A stretch of DNA of 64,000 bases from Bryobacterales bacterium (GTDB lineage Bacteria > Acidobacteriota > Terriglobia > Bryobacterales > UBA6623). The translations under genes and the position numbers were made by a program. Below, in pieces: positions 1 through 11,100 of the stretch (positions are counted from its first letter, which is position 1; every line of letters starts with the position of its first letter). Under the pieces are notes generated by a model, which saw only the letters and a program-made list of their open reading frames with translations, was not told where the DNA came from and did no database searches. The DNA lies in NCBI GenBank assembly GCA_040902925.1, contig JBBDWJ010000244.1, positions 20,795-84,794 of the forward strand. Reading direction: 5' to 3'.

Positions 1-1120
1 GCAGGACCTTGCCACCGCGCGCGACCAGCGTGCCACTGACAATCTCGTCGGTTTCTTCGAGCCGCAAGCCGCCGTCTTTCACGAGATGGGCGATGAAGGT
101 CGACAGATTCTTCGAATACAACTGGCTGGCGTGAGCCGGCACCTCGGAAGGGACATTCACCGGCCCCAGGATCAAAATGCCGTTGCGATCGACTGTCTCG
201 CCAGGCTGAGTCAAAGCACAATTGCCGCCGCGCTCGGCCGCCAGATCCACTATCACCGTTCCCGGCTTCAAACCGGCGACCATCTCCTCGGTAATCAGCA
301 CAGGCGCCTTCTTGCCGGGCACCGCGGCGGTCGTAATGATCACATCCATGGCGCGCAAATGCTCGCCGAGCAACTGCTGCTGGCGCCGGTAGAACTCTTC
401 CGACTGAGCCTTGGCGTAGCCGCCAGCCGTTTCGGCCTGCTCGGTTTTGACGTCGAGCACCACGAAGCGCGCCCCAAGGCTTTCGACCTGCTCTTTGACC
501 GCCGGCCGCACATCGTATCCGTCAACCACTCCGCCGAGCCGCTTGGCGGTCGCAATCGCCTGCAGCCCGGCGACACCGGCCCCGAGCACGAACACGCGCG
601 CCGCGGTGATAGTGCCCGCCGCTGTCATCAGCATCGGGAACATGCGCGGCGCGGCGTTGGCCGCCAGAAGAACTGCTTTGTAGCCCGAAACCGTAGCCAT
701 GGAGCTCAGCGCGTCCATGCTCTGAGCGCGCGTGATGCGCGGCATCAACTCCATGGAAAGCAGGGTCAGCCCACGCTCAGCGAGGGTCTTGGTCATGGCC
801 GGGTCGTCGAGCGGGTCGAGAAATCCGGCGATGGCCGCCGCAGGCTTCATGGCGTCGAGGTCGCCCGCCGGAAACTCGTGGTGCGGTCCCGGCCCGCGCA
901 CGGTCAGCAGAATATCTGCCTCGGAAAACAGACGCCCGCGGTCGGTTTCCACGCGCGCTCCCTGCGCTTCGTAGTCGGCGTCCGCGTGCAGCGCCGCCCG
1001 CCCTGCGCCGCTTTCGATCAGCAGCTCAAGGCCGGCTTTTTTCAGCGCGGCAACGTCCTTGGGGACGATCGCCACGCGTTTCTCGCCAGGGAAGCTTTCT
1101 CTTGGAATGGCGGCAAGCAT
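1..1120 (-). CDS. pntA: NAD(P) transhydrogenase alpha subunit (alanine-dehydrogenase-like fold); the C-terminal end runs off the window
   Basis: It is absent from the ORF track because there is no stop codon inside the window. My reverse-strand translation from the ATG at 1120 reads MLAAIPRESFPGEKRVAIVP. It contains the dinucleotide-binding motif VFVLGAGVAGLQAIATAKRLGG near 530-600. The frame stays open to position 1 (...LEETDEIVSGTLVARGGKVL). The track ORF 86..1204 (+) is its antisense shadow. Confidence 0.85.
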   Translation of the reverse strand, partial: MLAAIPRESFPGEKRVAIVPKDVAALKKAGLELLIESGAGRAALHADADYEAQGARVETDRGRLFSEADILLTVRGPGPHHEFPAGDLDAMKPAAAIAGFLDPLDDPAMTKTLAERGLTLLSMELMPRITRAQSMDALSSMATVSGYKAVLLAANAAPRMFPMLMTAAGTITAARVFVLGAGVAGLQAIATAKRLGGVVDGYDVRPAVKEQVESLGARFVVLDVKTEQAETAGGYAKAQSEEFYRRQQQLLGEHLRAMDVIITTAAVPGKKAPVLITEEMVAGLKPGTVIVDLAAERGGNCALTQPGETVDRNGILILGPVNVPSEVPAHASQLYSKNLSTFIAHLVKDGGLRLEETDEIVSGTLVARGGKVL

Positions 1121-1332
1121 CGGCTGTCTGGACCATCTCGCACCGCCTCATACCAGTCCGCGGACGGCGTTGCCGTTTACGGCCGCTCGTCGAACGATGG
1201 GTAGCGGGGAGATGAAACTGGGGAGGCTAAAAGAGCCATCTACGGGCCGGGCCCGGGTTGTTCGCGCTTATAATCGTGACAACAGTAGCCCCTAAGAATA
1301 CCGCAGAACGCGGTTCGGTTGGGATAGGAATC

Positions 1333-3015
1333 ATGAAACGCTTTCTTCCGATCATCCTTTTGCTGGCCGTCCCGGGCCTCTCCCAGGAACAAGTCGACCG
1401 CGAGGCGATCCATCGCATCAAGAAGGAAGCCTTCGAGAAATCGCAGATCGACGACCACCTGTTTCAGATGGTCGAGGTCCACGGGCCGCGGCTCACTAAC
1501 TCGCCAGGCTTTCGCGCCGCCGCCGGCTGGCTGGTGACAACGTTGAAGGGCTGGGAGCTCGAAAACGTTCATCAGGAAAAATGGGGCCCCTTTGGACAAG
1601 GCTGGTCCTACAGCCGCTTCTCGGCGCATCTGGTTCAACCCGGATATGAAACGCTGATCGGCGTACCGATGGGCTGGACGCCTTCCACCGAAGGAGTGGT
1701 TTCCGGAGAGCCGGTGACGGCGCCGCTCAAGCGAGAGAACAATCTGGTTCGCGACGAGGCGGCGGTCGACGACTACATCCGGAAATACAAGGGAAAGCTG
1801 AAGGGGGAGATCGTGCTCGTTGCCCCGCTCCAGAAGATTCGCGTGCAAGCCGAGCCGGCTCTGAAGCGCTTTTCCGACGCCGAGCTGACCGAGCGCGGCA
1901 AGGCCGAGCAACCCATCCCGCCGATTGACGTGGAATATCTCGACCCCGAGCTGGAGATTCCCGAAGAGCCCGAAGACCGCCGCAATTTTTTGGCCCAGGC
2001 GCCGGCATGGTTTCGCGAATGGTCGAGCAATGAGCGCCGCCGTATTCAGGGCAAGCTCAATACATTCCTGGCCGACGAAGGAGTACGTCTGGTGATTCAC
2101 CCGGCCGGAAAGGGCGACGGCGGCACCGTATTTCCGCCCCGCTCGGGCGACCGCCGCGTTGAGCACCCCGTGCCGCCGCCTTCGATCGCGATCACGCCCG
2201 AACAATACAACCGGATCTTCCGTCTGGCCGGGAAGGGGATCGCGGCGCGGGTCGAGGTCGAGGTGACCACGGCGTTCCATCGCGACACCCTCGATTCCGT
2301 GAACGTGATTGCCGAATTGCCGGGCGGATCGAAGAAAGACGAGCTGGTGATGATCGGCGCGCACCTCGATTCGGTCGACGCCGGTTTAGGCGCCACCGAC
2401 AACGCCGCCGGTTGCGCGGTGATGATCGAGGCAATGCGTATTCTCAAAACGCTGGATTTGAAGCTTGACCGCACGGTACGCATGGCGCTGTGGGGCGGAG
2501 AAGAGCAGGGGCTGCTGGGATCCAAGGCCTACATCAAGGAGCGCTTCGGCGATCCGGAAACGATGAAGCTGACGCCGGCGCATGACAAGCTTGCCGCTTA
2601 TTTCAATGTGGATAATGGCACGGGCAAAATTCGCGGCGTCTACCTGCAAGGCAACGACATGGTACGGCCGATCTTTGATGCATGGCTGGCGCCCTTCAAA
2701 GACCTTGACGCCACCACGCTCTCAATCCGCGACACCGGCGGCACCGACCATCTTTCTTTCGACGCGGTCGGCCTGCCGGGCTTCCAGTTCATCCAGGACC
2801 CAGTGGAATACGAAACGCGCACGCACCACTCCAACATGGACGTTTATGATCGCTTGCAACTACCGGATCTGATGCAGGCCGCGGCGATCGTGGCGTCGTT
2901 CGTGTATCACGCGGCGAACCGGGCCGAGAAGCTGCCCCGTGAGCCGTTACCGGACCCGCAGCCTCTCACAAAGCCGGAACCCAAGCCCGCGCAGGCAGCG
3001 GGTGGCGGCCAATAG
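1333..3015 (+). CDS. Secreted M28-family aminopeptidase
   Basis: The N-terminus [18 protein letters not shown] looks like a signal peptide. M28-type zinc-site motifs are present: [40 protein letters not shown] and HHSNMDVYD. The track start at 1258 is probably too far upstream. Confidence 0.85.
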   Translation: MKRFLPIILLLAVPGLSQEQVDREAIHRIKKEAFEKSQIDDHLFQMVEVHGPRLTNSPGFRAAAGWLVTTLKGWELENVHQEKWGPFGQGWSYSRFSAHLVQPGYETLIGVPMGWTPSTEGVVSGEPVTAPLKRENNLVRDEAAVDDYIRKYKGKLKGEIVLVAPLQKIRVQAEPALKRFSDAELTERGKAEQPIPPIDVEYLDPELEIPEEPEDRRNFLAQAPAWFREWSSNERRRIQGKLNTFLADEGVRLVIHPAGKGDGGTVFPPRSGDRRVEHPVPPPSIAITPEQYNRIFRLAGKGIAARVEVEVTTAFHRDTLDSVNVIAELPGGSKKDELVMIGAHLDSVDAGLGATDNAAGCAVMIEAMRILKTLDLKLDRTVRMALWGGEEQGLLGSKAYIKERFGDPETMKLTPAHDKLAAYFNVDNGTGKIRGVYLQGNDMVRPIFDAWLAPFKDLDATTLSIRDTGGTDHLSFDAVGLPGFQFIQDPVEYETRTHHSNMDVYDRLQLPDLMQAAAIVASFVYHAANRAEKLPREPLPDPQPLTKPEPKPAQAAGGGQ

Positions 3016-3082
3016 CGGCGGAGCGCGTCGGGAACGAATCTGCAGCGGTCGAGTCTATCGGGAAAAGCCTGGCATCGGTCAG

Positions 3083-4105
3083 TCACGTCCCCACGTAACG
3101 CGAGTACAGGCTGCGCGCCACGCCCAAGTCTTCCGTGCCTTTGATGATGGCCCGCCCATCGCTGAATACGGTCATCTCGTAGGGTGGGCAAACGAACCGC
3201 AAGGCGTATTCGTTAGCCCGGACTTTTCCGAGCGGCTCGAGTGCCGTTCTGAGCTCCACTAAATCCAGGGTGCGTTGCGAATCGTGAACCTGCACGGCGT
3301 TGCGGCCGCAAAGCATCGCCGAGCGCCGGCGCGCGGTCTCCAGATGCTTGAACTCGCGGCGGACGCATGCCGCGCAATCAGCGTCGCGGCTGCCAACCCC
3401 GACAGAGCGGATCGTGTTATTCCACACGTCGATCGTGAGCAGCCGCCGCTCGACCCTATCGCTCTGGCCCGAAAGGATTTTTATCGCGTCGGCCACCTGG
3501 AACGCTGCAATCGACGCTGTGATCGAATTCAGCACACCCGCGGTATCACAGGTGGGCTGGGCGCCTTCGGGAGGCTCGGGAAACACGCACGCCAGGCAGG
3601 CGCTCGTTGCCGGAAACACCGGCATGGTGACGCCATAGCTGCCCACCGCAGCCCCGTAGACCCAGGGGATACCCAGCTTCACTGCCACATCATTCACGAG
3701 ATAGCGCGTCTCGAAGTTGTCGGTCCCGTCGAGTATCACGCCGCCGGGAGCCAGCAGTTCTTCCGCGTTTCCCGCGGTCAGATCGGCCACGCGCGCCTCG
3801 ACGCGCACGCCGGAATTGATCCGTCCCAGTTTCTTTGCAGCCGCCGCCGCCTTCGGCAGCGCCTGGGCGGCGTCTTCTTCGTCAAACAGCCACTGCCGTT
3901 GCAGATTACTTGTTTCGACGTAATCGCGGTCGATGATTGTGAGTTTGCCCACGCCGGCCCGAGCCAGCGCATCCGCCTGGAAGCTGCCTAGAGCGCCGCA
4001 GCCGACGATGACGGCGTGAGCGGCCAAAAGCCTTTCCTGGCCCTGCTCACCCAGGCCCTGGAACAGGATTTGCCGCGAGTATCGCTCTCGATCGTGTTCC
4101 GTCAT
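3083..4105 (-). CDS. ThiF/MoeB-family E1-like adenylyltransferase, long form with a ~90-aa C-terminal domain
   Basis: The N-terminus reads RYSRQILFQGLGEQGQERLLAAHAVIVGCGALGS...DRDYVETSNLQRQ. Cys pairs CLAC and CAAC are present. The C-terminal CGRNAVQV...FSDGRAIIKGT resembles the long Bacillus-type ThiF. Confidence 0.8.
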   Translation of the reverse strand: MTEHDRERYSRQILFQGLGEQGQERLLAAHAVIVGCGALGSFQADALARAGVGKLTIIDRDYVETSNLQRQWLFDEEDAAQALPKAAAAAKKLGRINSGVRVEARVADLTAGNAEELLAPGGVILDGTDNFETRYLVNDVAVKLGIPWVYGAAVGSYGVTMPVFPATSACLACVFPEPPEGAQPTCDTAGVLNSITASIAAFQVADAIKILSGQSDRVERRLLTIDVWNNTIRSVGVGSRDADCAACVRREFKHLETARRRSAMLCGRNAVQVHDSQRTLDLVELRTALEPLGKVRANEYALRFVCPPYEMTVFSDGRAIIKGTEDLGVARSLYSRYVGT

Positions 4106-4312
4106 GAAAAGGCCCCATCAAAAAAGCTGTCACAAGCCGTCACGAAAGCAGGAGGTCCTCGCCCTGTCCCAACGCGGGCCGATCCTACACGCCGTCAGGC
4201 TAAGCTCCCTATTGATCCTATCAGTGAGTGTTCGGCACGCCTTGCCCCTCGATTAGTTGAGCGCATCGGCGGCTGACAACCCGTTTTGAGGCAAGGCCAC
4301 GTCTTATAATTC

Positions 4313-7300
4313 TTGATAGTGTCCCGTGGCATGCTTTGTCTATTGCTGGCGGCGCTCTGTCTGTGGACAGACCCGCTGCCTTGCGCTGACTTCGAGGGCC
4401 TGCCGCTGGGCGAGATCCGCTTCTCTCCCGATAACGATCTTCTTCTGGAACGGCACCGCAGCGAGCTGATTCTGATCGAGCCGGGCAAGCCTCTGGATAA
4501 CCGTCTGCTCGGCCAGACCATTCGCAACCTGTACGCGACAGGGCGTTTTGAAACGATCGACGCCGACGCTGAGCTCAAAGACGGAGAGGTGACGCTGACT
4601 TTCCTCGTCAGGCTGAGCCATTTCATCGGCCAAGTCAGCGTCGTTGGCGTCCCCAACCCACCGACGATCAACCAGCTTGCCAACGCCACCAAGCTGGATG
4701 CGGGTGAGTTGATGACCGAACGCCGCGTCGCCGCCGCCGAGCAAGGCGTGTTGCAGATTCTGCTCGACAACGGCTTTCCCGATGCCCTGGTAAAGACCGA
4801 TACGGCCGCTGACGACGAAACCCAACAAGCCGACATCACACTCGTCGTCGAGCCCGGCGTTCGCGCGGGCTTTGGACGCATCTTCGTGACGCCCAGCCCC
4901 GTTCTGACCGAGCCGCAAGTTCGCGAGATCACGGCATGGGGCCGCGGCGATGCGTACACCGAGCGCAGTGTGCTGCGCGGGCTGGAGCGGCTGCGCAAGT
5001 ACTACCAGAAGCAGGATCGCTGGCAGGTCAAGGTAAGCGCGATTCGCGGCGGCTTCAATGCCGACAGCGGCGAAATTGATGTGGTGCTCAACGTTGAGCC
5101 GGGTCCCCGCGTACTGGTGACCGTCGAGGGCGAGAGTTTTTCGCAGGGCCAGCTTCGGCGCTACATCCCGATCTTCGACGAAGGCGTCATCGACAACGAT
5201 CTGCTCGAGGAAGGCGCGGAAAACCTGCGCAACTATCTCCAGACCAAGGGTTACTTCAACGCTGCCGTGGAGTTCGACCCCGCCTCCGCTAGCGGCGACG
5301 AGATCCGCGTCGTCTACGATGTGAACCGCGGAAAGCGCTATGCGCTGGTACAGATCGAGATCGCCGGCAACCAGTGGTTCGACCTCGAAACCATTCGCGA
5401 GCGCATGTTGATTCGCACCAAAAGCTTCCAGATGCGCCGCGGCCGCTTTAGCCAAAGCCTTCTCGAGAGCGATATCTCCGCCATTGAAGATCTTTACCGC
5501 TCCAACGGCTTCCGCGACATCGCCATTACGTCGCGTGTGGAAGAAGACTATCAGGGAGCACAAGGCGACCTGGCGGTTTCTATCACCATCCGCGAGGGAG
5601 AGCCGACGCTGGTCGACGATCTCATCATCGAGGGAATGCAGAAGATCAAACCGGACCGCTTCCTGCCGATGCTCGCGTCGGCGCCAGGGCAGCCTTTCAG
5701 CGAATCCAGTATCGCCACCGACCGCTCGCTGATTTTGGCGGAATATTTCAACGACGGCTACCAGGATGCGAGCTTCGAGTGGGAAAGGCGGCCGGCAGGC
5801 GAGGACGGCCGCGTCATCGTCGAGTATCACATCCGCGAAGGCGAGTCGCTCTACACGCGCGGCGCCATCGTCGCCGGACTGGTTCATACCCAGCCGCATC
5901 TGGTTCAGCAACAGATTCGCCTAACCCCTGGAGAGCCGCTTTCGCAGAGCGATATGTTCGAAACCCAACGCCGGCTTTACGATCTGGGCATTTTTTCGCG
6001 GGTTGATGTAGCGCTTCAGAATCCAGAAGGCGAGGAGCCGGCCAAGAACGTGCTGCTGCAATTGGAGGAAGCCCGCCGTTGGGTGGTGGGCTTCGGCGGC
6101 GGCGCGGAATTCGCGCGCCTCGGCGGCAACACCGGTGATCTCTCCGACGCGGTTGGCGATGCCACGTTTAGTCCGCGCGTCACAATCGAGACGACCCGGC
6201 TCAACTTTCGCGGCATCGGCCACACCCTCAACGTGCGAACACGGCTTTCCAATTTGCAGCAACGCGCGCTATTCACTTATGAGGCGCCGCGCTGGACCGG
6301 CTCGGAAAAGTGGAAGATGACGCTCAGCGCCCTCTACGACTCGTCGCGCAACGTGCGAACCTTTCGTGGGACCCGCCTGGAGGGCGCGCTCCAGCTCCAG
6401 CATCGCTTGAGCCGGCCTTCGACCGCTCTCTATCGCTACACTTTCCGCCGCACGACGATCGATGAAGCGACGCTGCAGATTTCACCGTCGCTGATCCCGC
6501 TCGCATCGCGTCCCGTTCGCGTGGCATTGTTCTCGGGCACCTATATTCAGGACCGCCGCGACGATCCAACCGATGCAAGCCGCGGCATCTACAACACCGC
6601 GGACTTGGGTTTCGCGAACGGCTACTGGGGCTCGCAGCCCGACTTCGTCCGCATGCTCGGGCAAAATGCCACCTATCACCGGCTCAGCCCTCGCGTCGTC
6701 GTGGCGCGCTCGCTGCAAATTGGGCTGATGTTTGCCGCTGGAAGCCGCCCCGACAGCGACCTACCCGCTAGCGGACTGACAATTCGGTCCATCTCGAACC
6801 CCGATGTGCGAATTCCCATCACGGAGCGCTTCTATTCCGGCGGCGCCAACTCGCACCGCGGCTTTCCGGTCAATCAAGCCGGGCCGCGTGACCCGCTTAC
6901 CGGATTTCCCATCGGCGGCGGTGCGACCGTCGTGAACAGCGTGGAGCTGCGCTTCCCGTTGATCGGCGAGAACATTCGCGGGGTTCTTTTTCACGACGCC
7001 GGCAACGTCTTTTCGCGGCCCGGCGAGATCAACTTCAGCACTTCGCAGCGTTCCACGACGAGTTTGCTACCCGAGAACCTGCCGCCGCGCGCTCGCAGCC
7101 GCGCCCAGGGCACTGACCCGATCACGGTCTACGACTTCGACTACATGGTTCATGCGGTGGGTCTCGGAGTGCGCTATCGCACCCCCATCGGACCCATCCG
7201 GCTCGACCTCGCTTACAGTTTGAATCCGCCTCGCTTCGCGGGATTCACCGGGACGCGGGATGAATTGCTCGTCAACCGTGGAACCGTTAGCGAGCAGCGC

Positions 7301-7345
7301 ATCTCCCACTTCCAGTTTCATTTCTCGCTGGGCCAGACGTTTTGA
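4313..7345 (+). CDS. bamA: Outer-membrane protein assembly factor BamA (Omp85 family, POTRA repeats plus beta-barrel)
   Basis: This is a 1010-aa ORF with repeated POTRA-like segments and an Omp85 barrel. The C-terminus is typical (RFYSGGANSHRGF ... ISHFQFHFSLGQTF). The start is uncertain: TTG at 4313 or ATG at 4331 (MLCLLLAALCLW). Confidence 0.9.
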   Translation: MIVSRGMLCLLLAALCLWTDPLPCADFEGLPLGEIRFSPDNDLLLERHRSELILIEPGKPLDNRLLGQTIRNLYATGRFETIDADAELKDGEVTLTFLVRLSHFIGQVSVVGVPNPPTINQLANATKLDAGELMTERRVAAAEQGVLQILLDNGFPDALVKTDTAADDETQQADITLVVEPGVRAGFGRIFVTPSPVLTEPQVREITAWGRGDAYTERSVLRGLERLRKYYQKQDRWQVKVSAIRGGFNADSGEIDVVLNVEPGPRVLVTVEGESFSQGQLRRYIPIFDEGVIDNDLLEEGAENLRNYLQTKGYFNAAVEFDPASASGDEIRVVYDVNRGKRYALVQIEIAGNQWFDLETIRERMLIRTKSFQMRRGRFSQSLLESDISAIEDLYRSNGFRDIAITSRVEEDYQGAQGDLAVSITIREGEPTLVDDLIIEGMQKIKPDRFLPMLASAPGQPFSESSIATDRSLILAEYFNDGYQDASFEWERRPAGEDGRVIVEYHIREGESLYTRGAIVAGLVHTQPHLVQQQIRLTPGEPLSQSDMFETQRRLYDLGIFSRVDVALQNPEGEEPAKNVLLQLEEARRWVVGFGGGAEFARLGGNTGDLSDAVGDATFSPRVTIETTRLNFRGIGHTLNVRTRLSNLQQRALFTYEAPRWTGSEKWKMTLSALYDSSRNVRTFRGTRLEGALQLQHRLSRPSTALYRYTFRRTTIDEATLQISPSLIPLASRPVRVALFSGTYIQDRRDDPTDASRGIYNTADLGFANGYWGSQPDFVRMLGQNATYHRLSPRVVVARSLQIGLMFAAGSRPDSDLPASGLTIRSISNPDVRIPITERFYSGGANSHRGFPVNQAGPRDPLTGFPIGGGATVVNSVELRFPLIGENIRGVLFHDAGNVFSRPGEINFSTSQRSTTSLLPENLPPRARSRAQGTDPITVYDFDYMVHAVGLGVRYRTPIGPIRLDLAYSLNPPRFAGFTGTRDELLVNRGTVSEQRISHFQFHFSLGQTF

Positions 7346-7374
7346 GGGATTTTGTCAACCGCTGCTTGGAACCA

Positions 7375-8127
7375 ATGAGGGATTCATTGCAAGGACTGCC
7401 CAACGCGGCTATGCTGCTTGAACGGCTGGGGCTTTGTTGCCTGCTTTTCCTTGCGTGGCAGGCGATATCGCGAGCCGAGGTCATCGACCGAATCGTCGCC
7501 GTCGTCGGTCAGCATGCCATCACGGCGAGCGAAGTAGAGCTGCAACTGCGGCTGGAAGCCCTTTTCAACCGCGAGCCGCTCGAAATCACCGACGAGAAGC
7601 GGCGGCGGGCGCTGCAAAGGTTGATCGCCGTACGCGTGATTCAGAGCGAGGCCATCATGGCCGGGTTCTTGAGCACTAGCGAGCAGGACGTCCAGCTCCG
7701 CCTGCAGCAAGCCAGACGGCAAGGCTACGCCAACGGCCTTGGCTTCGAACAAGCGCTGCAAGAATACGATCTGAGAGAGCAAGACGTGGCCGATTTCTGG
7801 CGCCAGGTCATCGGCTACGAACGGTTCAAGGATTTTCGGTTCAAAACCGGCCTGGAAATCTCTGCCGAGGCCGTTGCAGCGTACTACGAGAAGAACGTCG
7901 TCGCGGAATTCAACAAAGAGGGTCAGGGCGCCGCGCCGCCGCTCGCCGAAATTTACGACCAGGTCGAGCAGGCCGTAATCGAGGAACGCGCCAACGAAAT
8001 GCTAGACGAGTGGCTCAAAGAGACTCGGCCTCAAACACGTATAGTGATCTTGGAGGAGCAGGAACCGCCGAAAAACGAAAATACGGCGCCCGACGCTGCG
8101 GCGGCTGAATCGCAAGCCCCGCGCTAG
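7375..8127 (+). CDS. SurA N-terminal-domain periplasmic chaperone-like protein (no PPIase domain seen)
   Basis: A signal-like MLLERLGLCCLLFLAWQAISRA is followed by EVIDRIVAVVGQHAITASEVELQL, which is typical of the SurA_N domain. The start is ambiguous (7342 TTG, 7375 ATG or 7411 ATG). The longest option overlaps the bamA stop. Confidence 0.7.
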   Translation: MRDSLQGLPNAAMLLERLGLCCLLFLAWQAISRAEVIDRIVAVVGQHAITASEVELQLRLEALFNREPLEITDEKRRRALQRLIAVRVIQSEAIMAGFLSTSEQDVQLRLQQARRQGYANGLGFEQALQEYDLREQDVADFWRQVIGYERFKDFRFKTGLEISAEAVAAYYEKNVVAEFNKEGQGAAPPLAEIYDQVEQAVIEERANEMLDEWLKETRPQTRIVILEEQEPPKNENTAPDAAAAESQAPR

Positions 8128-8161
8128 TGTCAGCAGAAGAAGCGCGAATGTCGCTGCGGAC

Positions 8162-11100
8162 ATGACGGAGCCGATGGCAGTCATGAAGAAGCTTCTTTCC
8201 AAACTCGGCCGGATTCGCTGGAGCCGCTGGCTCGGAATTCCCCTGCTGATCGCAATCCTACTGGTGATCGCGTTCCAGGCGACCGTACGCACCGATTGGT
8301 TTCAGCACAAGGTGCGCGACCGCGTGATCCTGGAGCTCGAACGAGCCACCGGCGGCCGCGTCGAGCTCGGCGCCTTCCTGTTCGACCCCGGAACCATGAC
8401 GGTCACCATCAACCGGCTGGTGATTCACGGCGCCGAACAGCCTCCCGAGCCTCCACTACTTAGCATTCCCACGCTGCGTATCGAGTTGACCCTCGTATCC
8501 CTTCTGTCGATGCAGGTTTCGGTTCGCGCCCTGCAGGTGCAATCGCCCGAAATTCATCTGACCGTTGCAGACGATGGGACGACGAACTTGCCTGGCGGGC
8601 AGCGCGGTGCGGCCTCGGGAGACAGCGTGGATACTCTGCTCGATCTCGCCGTTGACCGTCTCGAGGTGCAGCAAGGCAGCCTGTATTGGAACAATGTTCC
8701 CCACCGCCTTTCGGTGCGTGGCGCCGGGCTGCAGCTCGGTACACGCTACGAGCGTGCCGAAGACCGCTACGCACTCTCCTTCCGGGTCGCTGAGCTCGGT
8801 TTCGAATATGCCGAGAGCGAAACCGTGCTTTCTGAATCTGAGGGGGAGCTTTTCGTCTACCGCGATCGCGTCGAAGTGCCTCATCTCGTCGTCGGCACGA
8901 GCGGCGCGCGGATCGAAGCTCACGCCCAAATGCGCGGCTGGCAGCAGCCAGAAATAGACGCTGAGTACAAGGGCCGGTTCTCGATAGAGCCTTGGAAGGT
9001 GCGTTTCGGTTTGCAGTTCCTGGGCGAGGGATTGGCGGAGCTCGCCGGAAAGCTGGCCTGGCGCGGCGCCGACGAAAGCCTCGCCTATTCCGGGAGCGTC
9101 GCTTTAGAGAGCGCCATCAACAGCACCGGAAGCGAAGCTCCCAAGGTTCTGGCAAGCGCCGAATACTCCGGCGACGCCGCCCGCGCCCGGCTGCGCAATC
9201 TCGATGTAGCCGCTTTCGGCGGCCATTTTCACGGCGAGGCCGAGGCGGAAGTCGCGCCAACCGCGCCCCCCGGTTGGCGGCTCTCGGGCGATTTTGATGG
9301 TTACTCTATCCGCTCGGTTGCCGAAGCCGCCAGAGCCACGGGTATCGCCAACCTGCCGGCCAACTTGCCGTGGCGCAGTCTGCTCAGCGGGTGGCTTCGC
9401 GCCGAGGGCGCCGGGCTCGACGATGCTCAGCTTTCGGCTTCGCTGATCCTCGCTCCGCCGCAGGGCTTGCCCCCCGATCAGCGGCTGCTCGAAGGGGTCG
9501 TTGATGTGGTCTATCGCAGCAGCGACCAGCTCCTTCAGTTTTCGCGTATCGATCTTTCCACCGGCGCGTCGCGCGTCGCCGCGCACGGCAGTATCACCGC
9601 CGACGGCCGCTCGATTCTCGATCTCGAGGCCACACTGGACCAGCTCACGGACCTGGCCACAGCAGCACGCATGGCGGGAATCGACATCAGCGAGCTGCCG
9701 CTGCAACTGCAAGGCCAGGCTTCCCTCGAAGGTCATTTCGCCGGCCAACTCTTTCTCGACCGCCCCCCGCAAGGGCGCTTCACAGGTAAGCTCGAGGCGA
9801 ACGGCTTGCGGACGGCGGGCTACGACTGGCGCCGTTTCAGCGGGGATCTCGAGCTGGAGCCCGGCAGGCTTCGCCTCGAACAAGGCATCCTCGAGGACCC
9901 CGATGGCACGGCCCAACTTGCCCTGACGGTTCCGCTGGAAGACTACAGGCTCTCGCCCGCGGGGCCGTTGGCCGGCAACGTCAAGTTCAGCGGCTTTTCT
10001 GTTGAGCGCTTTCTGGCAACGTTCGGCCGTAGCGAGAAAATCACGGGAATCGCGGGCGGGCAGGTTCGCCTGTCTGGCGCCGTTGAGAACCCGGAATTCA
10101 CCGCCGAAGCCACCGTGCGCGAAGGCGCCGTCTGGGACGAACTTTTCCAGATCGCCACCGTGAAAGCCCAATACGCCGCTGGAAAGCTCGACGTATCGAG
10201 TTTCGAGATCCTCAAGGCCCCCCGTCCCGGCAGTGAGGGAGCGCAGCCGCGAGTGCGCGGCCAGGGGCAGTTCACCCCCGCCGACCGGCGTTTTCGATTG
10301 GACCTCAGCGGCGGCGATTGGAACCTCGCGCAGTTCGATCGATTCGAAGGCGCCGCCCGCCCGCCCAGCGGCGACGTCCAACTCGATTTGCACGCCTCTG
10401 GCCGCCTATCCGAAGGCCAGGAACTGTTCGACGAGCTCGACGTCACAGGAAACTGGAACCTCCAGAATGTCGCGCTCGGTGAGCAATCGCTCGGCTCCCT
10501 CGCCGGCAACATCGCCACGCAGGGCAAGCAGGTCTATCTCGACTGGAAGGCCGCTTTGCTGGGAGGCCAACTGAGCGGCAAAGCCGAGTTACAGCCCGCC
10601 GGCGACCAGTCGTTCCACGGGCAGATGGAGTTCCAGAAATTCCAGGCCCTCGGCGTAGCGCAACTGGCGCGCCTGCCGGTCGAACAGATGCAGGGTGAGG
10701 TTGACGGCAGCTTCACCTTCTCGGGAGACCTTGCGGAGCCCAACAATCTCAAGGCAGAGGGAACGATCACGCGCCTGGAGGTCGGCCTTACAGAAATCGC
10801 GGGCGCCAATAAGGGCTATTCGCTGTGGAATCCATTTCCTATGCGCTTTTCGCTCGCGGAACGCCGTCTGCGTCTCGATGGCATGCGCCTGCTCGGCCAG
10901 GGCACCGACATCGGCATCGACGGAACGATTCCCTTCGCGCTCATGGACCCCGCGGAAAACAAGCTTGATGTCTCGGTGGAGGGCGATTTCAACCTCTCGG
11001 TGCTGGAGAGCTTTCGTTCCGGACTCGAGGCAAGCGGCGTATCGAGCGTGGAGGTCAACATCCGCGGCACGATGGAGCAGCCGCAACTGCGCGGTCGGCT

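Noticed and set aside
86-1204. A 372-aa plus-strand ORF in the track.
   Set aside because: It is the antisense shadow of pntA. Its Arg/Gly/His-rich composition shows no recognisable family, while the opposite strand encodes a clear transhydrogenase alpha subunit.
1240-2364. A 374-aa minus-strand ORF. Many similar long ORFs appear in the track: 4340..5911-, 9104..10393-, 10589..11908-, 17320..18705-, 24975..26471-, 31480..33072+, 38076..39050-, 45636..46568+ and 62906..63922+.
   Set aside because: All lie antisense to, or out of frame with, ORFs that have clear family motifs. Their Arg/Ala/Gly/Pro-rich composition is typical of off-frame translation in high-GC DNA. None shows a motif I recognise.
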